A stretch of 25,448 nucleotides of DNA from Parcubacteria group bacterium (GTDB lineage Bacteria > Patescibacteriota > Minisyncoccia > Phycocordibacterales > Zambryskibacteraceae), in assembly GCA_040900505.1 (NCBI GenBank), contig JBBDYY010000021.1, positions 1 through 25,448 of the forward strand, given 5' to 3'. The translations under genes were made by a program, and so were the position numbers. Below, in pieces: positions 21,284 to 25,448 of this stretch (its first letter is position 1; every line of letters starts with the position of its first letter). The notes beneath the pieces are model-generated. The model did not search any database. It was not told where the DNA came from and worked only from the letters and a program-made list of their open reading frames with translations.

Positions 21284-21589
21284 TATAGCTAGGGTGTCAC
21301 CCTTTTTTAAATACACATAGGCCTTCTTGCCGCCTCCCTTTACTCCTGGCTTACCTCGATAAAACACTTTCTTCGTAGGTATTCTGAGTAGTCGGATCTT
21401 GAGAGGAGTAATCTTATGCTCCTTCTTCAATGCATGGGCAATACTCTTCTTAGTTGCATCTGGCAACACATTTAAAACATATACATTTCGCCTGGCCTGC
21501 TGTAAGGCTCCCTTCTCTGTTACTCTCTGGGAGATAGTCTTTCTTACTGCTGCCTTTTTTACTTTCTTCTGTGTTTTTTCTTCTGCCAT
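21281..21589 (-). CDS. rplW: 50S ribosomal protein uL23 (divergent)
   Basis: RVTEKG...VYVLNVLPDATKKSI...KKAYVYLKKGD; lies between rplD and rplB. Confidence 0.92.
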   Translation of the reverse strand: MAEEKTQKKVKKAAVRKTISQRVTEKGALQQARRNVYVLNVLPDATKKSIAHALKKEHKITPLKIRLLRIPTKKVFYRGKPGVKGGGKKAYVYLKKGDTLAI

Positions 21590-21590
21590 G

Positions 21591-22346
21591 TTATTTCTTT
21601 GTAGCTACCTTCTTCTTTACAAGAGCCTTCCTGGCAACCTTTTTCACCTTTGGAGCTTTCTTCAAGGTTTTCTTCTCTTCTCCGAAGAGTGCTCTTCCAG
21701 GCAAATTCTTCAATGCTGTCTCTGGATTCTCAATTACCAAATACTTGTACTCAAGGAGAGCAAGAGGATGGAGATTGCGAGCTTCCAATACTTCTACGTT
21801 ACCCAAATTCTGGAAGGAGCGCTCTGTATCCTTGTTCTTCTCTGAAAGTGCTAGCACTACGGAATTGTTTCTCTTCTTTAAGATATTTTCGAAACCTTTA
21901 ACGCCCGAGAGACTATTTAGAGCTTCAATTGCCAGACGAGTCTTCGGCTCCTTGAGAGTTACCGCGTCCACAAAGAGGATTTCGCCGTCCTTAAACTTCC
22001 TAGAGAGGATTGTGTAAAGAGCCTTGGCCTTCATCTTCTTAGAAACCTTTCTCTCATAGTTCTTCTCATTTCTTGGTCCGTGGGCCACACCTCCTCCTAC
22101 CCAAATAGGAGAGCGAGTGGATCCGTGTCGAGCACGACCTGTGCCCTTCTGCTTCCAGGGCTTCTTGCCTCCTCCGCGGACCTCTCCACGGCTCTTGGTG
22201 TGGGCAACATTCTTCCTCTTTGAAGAAGATAGCGAATTTGCAACCTGAGTTACAAGGTCGGCATTCCAAGGCAAGCCGAAGATCGTCTCTTCTAGTGATA
22301 CGCTTCCGGCCTTAACTCCTTTAATGTCGTAGATGTTTGCTTCCAT
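21591..22346 (-). CDS. rplD: 50S ribosomal protein uL4 with a Lys-rich C-terminal tail
   Basis: [43 protein letters not shown]. Confidence 0.98.
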   Translation of the reverse strand: MEANIYDIKGVKAGSVSLEETIFGLPWNADLVTQVANSLSSSKRKNVAHTKSRGEVRGGGKKPWKQKGTGRARHGSTRSPIWVGGGVAHGPRNEKNYERKVSKKMKAKALYTILSRKFKDGEILFVDAVTLKEPKTRLAIEALNSLSGVKGFENILKKRNNSVVLALSEKNKDTERSFQNLGNVEVLEARNLHPLALLEYKYLVIENPETALKNLPGRALFGEEKKTLKKAPKVKKVARKALVKKKVATKK

Positions 22347-22352
22347 ACTGTT

Positions 22353-22793
22353 TTATGCGTTCTTCGAACTGTTTTGTTTGACCATTATCTTGGTACCTCG
22401 GCGTCCCGGTATAGCCCCAGAGATGAAGATCTCATTGGACTCAGGAATGATCTTAACTATCTTTAAATTCTTAACAGTTACCCTGTCTCCTCCCATCCTG
22501 CCGGCCATGCGCATGCCCTTGGCAACGCGTCCTCCAGCTCTGCCTCCTCCTCCAATGGAACCTGCCTCGCGCTCGGAGTGCTTCTGGCCGTGGCTTCGTC
22601 TGCCTCCCTTAAATTTGTGCCTCTTAACTACTCCCTGGAAACCCTTACCCTTCGAGATCCCTACTACCTCCACAGTCTCTCCCTCTTCAAAGCCAGTGAT
22701 TTCTTCAGCTTGAAGAAGCGTGACTGCAGTAACCCTACCCAACTCATCGAAGATCTGGGTCATATTAACTTTCTTGGCAATAAGGGATTTCAT
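22353..22793 (-). CDS. rplC: 50S ribosomal protein uL3, internally deleted (146 aa)
   Basis: KKVNMTQIF...VTLL joined almost directly to FEEGETVEVVGISKGKGFQGVVKRH...RMAGRMG...GAIPG. Confidence 0.95.
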   Translation of the reverse strand: MKSLIAKKVNMTQIFDELGRVTAVTLLQAEEITGFEEGETVEVVGISKGKGFQGVVKRHKFKGGRRSHGQKHSEREAGSIGGGGRAGGRVAKGMRMAGRMGGDRVTVKNLKIVKIIPESNEIFISGAIPGRRGTKIMVKQNSSKNA

Positions 22794-22801
22794 TTCTGTT
22801 T

Positions 22802-23185
22802 TTAGATCAACTTAACGTCGATGTTCACTCCGGATGGAAGTGAGAGATTCGTAAGGCTCTCAATAACCTTCCCTGTGGGATTAATGATATCGATCAACCG
22901 TTTGTGGATTCGCATCTCAAACTGTTCTCGCGCGTTTTTGTATACGAATGCCGCGCGGTTAACCGTGTATTTCTTAATCTCGGTAGGAAGAGGTATTGGT
23001 CCTTGCACCTTCGCATCATAGCGAAGAGCGGTGTCAATAATCTGCTTGACCGAAACGTCTAAGATCTTCGATTCATAAGCTCTGACTCGGATACGTAGTC
23101 TACTTGTGACCACTTCTTCTGTCGAAGCTTTCTTCGAAACTCTTTTCTTTTTTTCAGGTACGTCTTTTGTTTGTTTTGTAGGCAT
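22802..23185 (-). CDS. rpsJ: 30S ribosomal protein uS10 with an N-terminal extension
   Basis: RLRIRVRAYESKILD...GPIPLPT...AREQFEMRIHKRLIDI. Confidence 0.98.
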   Translation of the reverse strand: MPTKQTKDVPEKKKRVSKKASTEEVVTSRLRIRVRAYESKILDVSVKQIIDTALRYDAKVQGPIPLPTEIKKYTVNRAAFVYKNAREQFEMRIHKRLIDIINPTGKVIESLTNLSLPSGVNIDVKLI

Positions 23186-23225
23186 GTTTTCTTACCTTCA
23201 CTTGGGCCTGTGCCCAAGAGAGAGG

Positions 23226-24416
23226 TTACGCAATCACCTTTGTAACCACACCGGCACCCACAGTCTTGCCTCCCTCTCTTATGGCGAAACGTGTCTGCTC
23301 CTCAAGAGCAACTGGAGCAACGAGCTTCACTGTGAAGGTTGCTGTGTCTCCAGGCATAACCATCTCTACTCCCTCTGCTAGGGATACTTCTCCCGTAACG
23401 TCAGTTGTGCGGATGTAGAACTGAGGCTTGTAACCTGTGAAGAATGGAGTGTGTCGGCCTCCTTCTTCCTTCTTCAAGATGTACACCTCTGCTGTAAAGG
23501 CGGTGTGAGGAGTCACTGAACCTGCCTTTGCAAGAACCTGTCCGCGGTGAAGGTCTTCCTTCTTTGCTCCGCGTAGGAGGAGTCCTGCGTTGTCTCCTGC
23601 CTGGCCCTGGCTTAGGCTCTTGTTGAACATTTCGACACCGGTTACAACCGTCTTAGCTGTATCCTTGATACCAACTATTTCAACTTCCTCTCCAACTTTG
23701 ATAACACCTCTTTCGATACGGCCGGTAACCACTGTACCGCGTCCTTCAATAGAGAAGATGTCTTCAATCGGCATAAGGAATGGCTTGTCTAGCTCACGAA
23801 CTGGCTGAGGAATGTAAGTATCTAGAGCGTTTGTAAGCTCAAGAATCTTTTGTGACCATTCATCGTCATTGCTGGTGGCTTCAAGAGCCTTAAGAGCAGA
23901 ACCTCGGATAACCGGAGCATTTGCGCCGTCGAAGTCGTACTTTGTAAGAAGTTCGCGAACCTCTTCCTCCACAAGGTCAATAAGCTCCTTGTCAGGAACC
24001 ATGTCGCACTTGTTCAAGAACACAATAATCTTAGGAACTCCAACCTGCTTTGCAAGAAGGATGTGCTCACGAGTCTGAGGCATCACACCGTCAGTAGCTG
24101 CAACCACAAGTACGGCGCCGTCCATCTGAGCGGCACCGGTGATCATGTTCTTAATGTAATCTGCGTGTCCTGGAGCGTCGATGTGCGCGTAGTGGCGCGC
24201 ATCTGTCTCATACTCAGAGTGGGAAAGGGCGATAGTAATACCGCGGGCCTTCTCCTCTGGGGACTTGTCGATGTCGTCAACACTCTTTACAGTGGCCATC
24301 TTTCCTGCGCGGTGAAGCACATTCAAAATAGCGGCCGTAAGGGTCGTCTTGCCGTGGTCAACGTGGCCAATTGTACCTACGTTAACGTGTGGCTTGGAGC
24401 GATCAAAATCTGCCAT
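23226..24416 (-). CDS. tuf: Elongation factor Tu
   Basis: [29 protein letters not shown] and [13 protein letters not shown] motifs. Confidence 0.99.
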   Translation of the reverse strand: MADFDRSKPHVNVGTIGHVDHGKTTLTAAILNVLHRAGKMATVKSVDDIDKSPEEKARGITIALSHSEYETDARHYAHIDAPGHADYIKNMITGAAQMDGAVLVVAATDGVMPQTREHILLAKQVGVPKIIVFLNKCDMVPDKELIDLVEEEVRELLTKYDFDGANAPVIRGSALKALEATSNDDEWSQKILELTNALDTYIPQPVRELDKPFLMPIEDIFSIEGRGTVVTGRIERGVIKVGEEVEIVGIKDTAKTVVTGVEMFNKSLSQGQAGDNAGLLLRGAKKEDLHRGQVLAKAGSVTPHTAFTAEVYILKKEEGGRHTPFFTGYKPQFYIRTTDVTGEVSLAEGVEMVMPGDTATFTVKLVAPVALEEQTRFAIREGGKTVGAGVVTKVIA

Positions 24417-24564
24417 ATTAATAAGAAGTTAATGGGCTTGCCAAGAGAACGCGCGAGAACGGTTCTCTTAGAGAGCCCAGAGTAATAAGTGCGCAATAAC
24501 CGCTCTAAATATCTATGAAGAAAATCTCAAAGATCAGTAAAAAGCGGTATATGACGCTTGGGCT

Positions 24565-24593
24565 ATATTACAGATAAGCCCCCCAAGAGTCAA
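24565..24593 (-). promoter_or_regulatory. Sigma70 promoter of the tuf-S10 transcript
   Basis: TTGACT (24588-24593), N17, TAATAT (24565-24570). Confidence 0.75.
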
Positions 24594-24600
24594 CAATTTC

Positions 24601-24632
24601 AAACAAAAAGCCCCGCAAGAGTGCGAGACTTT
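24601..24632 (-). terminator. Intrinsic terminator after the 222-aa orphan
   Basis: Minus strand AAAGTCTCGCA-CTCT-TGCGGGGCTTT followed by TTGTTT. Confidence 0.7.
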
Positions 24633-24656
24633 CTGTCTCTACTCCGCGGGGCGTTA

Positions 24657-25325
24657 CTACACCCTCGCTTCCTCCCGAGCGCGCTGCCGCTTCTTGGCCC
24701 TCGCCTTCTTGGAAGTTCCGTCGGTGTAAGGCTTCTTCTCGCCCGATCCCTTTGCAGGCTGGGCCAGTGCTCTAGCGAGCTGGCGCGCGCGTCTGTCCGC
24801 ATCGGCGCGGTTGGAGCTCGTCTTCACGGGCGCGGGGGCGAAGACCCTCTTCACCCTCTTCTCAACCGGGAGATCGAACTCCGCTTCCCTTATCGCATTC
24901 TCCATGCGGGTGTAGGCCTGACGGAGCTCCTGGAGACTCGCGTTAGAAACGCGCAGCTCATCCCAGGCATTGAACGCCTTCTTGGCATCCATCACCTTCA
25001 CAGGATCGATGCGCGAGAGTCTCTCTCGCATCATGATTGCCGTGATGACGGTAGTGAGGTGAGCCCGCTCTCGCTTCTCAAAGCGCTTGAGCACTCCCCT
25101 CGCCTCCGTGATGGCGTTATTCATCCTACCTTCGTAGGCCGAGCACGGAAGGTTCTTGACGATGTCCACCAGGCACCGAAGTGCGCAGATGGACTCCATC
25201 TCCAGCTTCACGAACTCGGTGTCACCGAGCGCCGCGAACTTGCGAACCTTGCCATCGATCCCCTTAACGAGCTTCATGAGCTCCGTTGCGAGGCTCACCA
25301 TCACATGCTTGGGCGTGTTAGACAT
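24657..25325 (-). CDS. Hypothetical helical protein with a basic C-terminal tail (orphan)
   Basis: 222-aa ORF with a GGAGG SD 5 nt upstream, a near-consensus promoter and its own terminator. Confidence 0.8.
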   Translation of the reverse strand: MSNTPKHVMVSLATELMKLVKGIDGKVRKFAALGDTEFVKLEMESICALRCLVDIVKNLPCSAYEGRMNNAITEARGVLKRFEKRERAHLTTVITAIMMRERLSRIDPVKVMDAKKAFNAWDELRVSNASLQELRQAYTRMENAIREAEFDLPVEKRVKRVFAPAPVKTSSNRADADRRARQLARALAQPAKGSGEKKPYTDGTSKKARAKKRQRAREEARV

Positions 25326-25364
25326 GCCATCCTCCGAAAGTTGTGATCACGCTACTCTTTTATC

Positions 25365-25393
25365 ATCTTAGCATAAGATAACTCATTTGTCAA
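25365..25393 (-). promoter_or_regulatory. Near-consensus sigma70 promoter
   Basis: TTGACA (25388-25393), N17, TGc-TAAGAT (25365-25370). Confidence 0.8.
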
Positions 25394-25407
25394 GCTCTTC
25401 AGGGTGT

Positions 25408-25433
25408 AAAAAAGCCCGCGGTCATGCCGCGGG
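25408..25433 (-). terminator. Intrinsic terminator of an upstream minus-strand gene
   Basis: Minus strand CCCGCGG-CATGA-CCGCGGG followed by CTTTTTT. Confidence 0.7.
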
Positions 25434-25448
25434 TGGTGGGACGAGAGT
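25434..25448 (-). tRNA. Possible 3' end of a tRNA cut by the window edge
   Basis: Minus strand ...ACTCTCGTCCCACCA ends in ACCA immediately before a terminator. Only 15 nt are visible, so identity is undeterminable. Confidence 0.35.

Overview
Window from a Patescibacteria (CPR, most likely Parcubacteria) chromosome in genetic code 11. The assignment rests on the missing rpmD/uL30, reduced or tailed ribosomal proteins, and accessory genes typical of the group. The backbone is housekeeping: the tmRNA 3' end, infC-rpmI-rplT, a beta-CASP RNase, ndk, and a minus-strand tuf/S10/spc cluster (tuf-rpsJ-rplCDWB // rpsS-rplV-rpsC-rplP-rpsQ-rplNXE-rpsNH-rplFR-rpsE-rplO-secY-adk-map). That cluster is split between rplB and rpsS by about 4.5 kb carrying a DUF4258/DUF2283 pair, rplJL, a wHTH-nucleotidyltransferase-like gene, a TM-helix (MscS/CmpX-like) gene and an orphan. 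The most unusual signal is non-coding. A 160-170 bp element with a shared, covarying structured core lies directly downstream of both tmRNA and rplL. At each site the core is flanked by an inverted copy and a direct copy of that host gene's own 3' end, and the rplL direct copy is fully synonymously recoded (AGGKVTLK*). Other notable items: a TrpR-like gene bracketed by 29-bp inverted repeats, a probable 123-nt mini-6S RNA, a delta-9-type fatty acid desaturase, a 146-aa uL3 with a large internal deletion, no rpmC at its usual site, REP-like motifs used as r-protein gene spacers, an L10 leader with insertions, and several probable leaderless genes. All alignments and structures were read by eye; no database searches were run.
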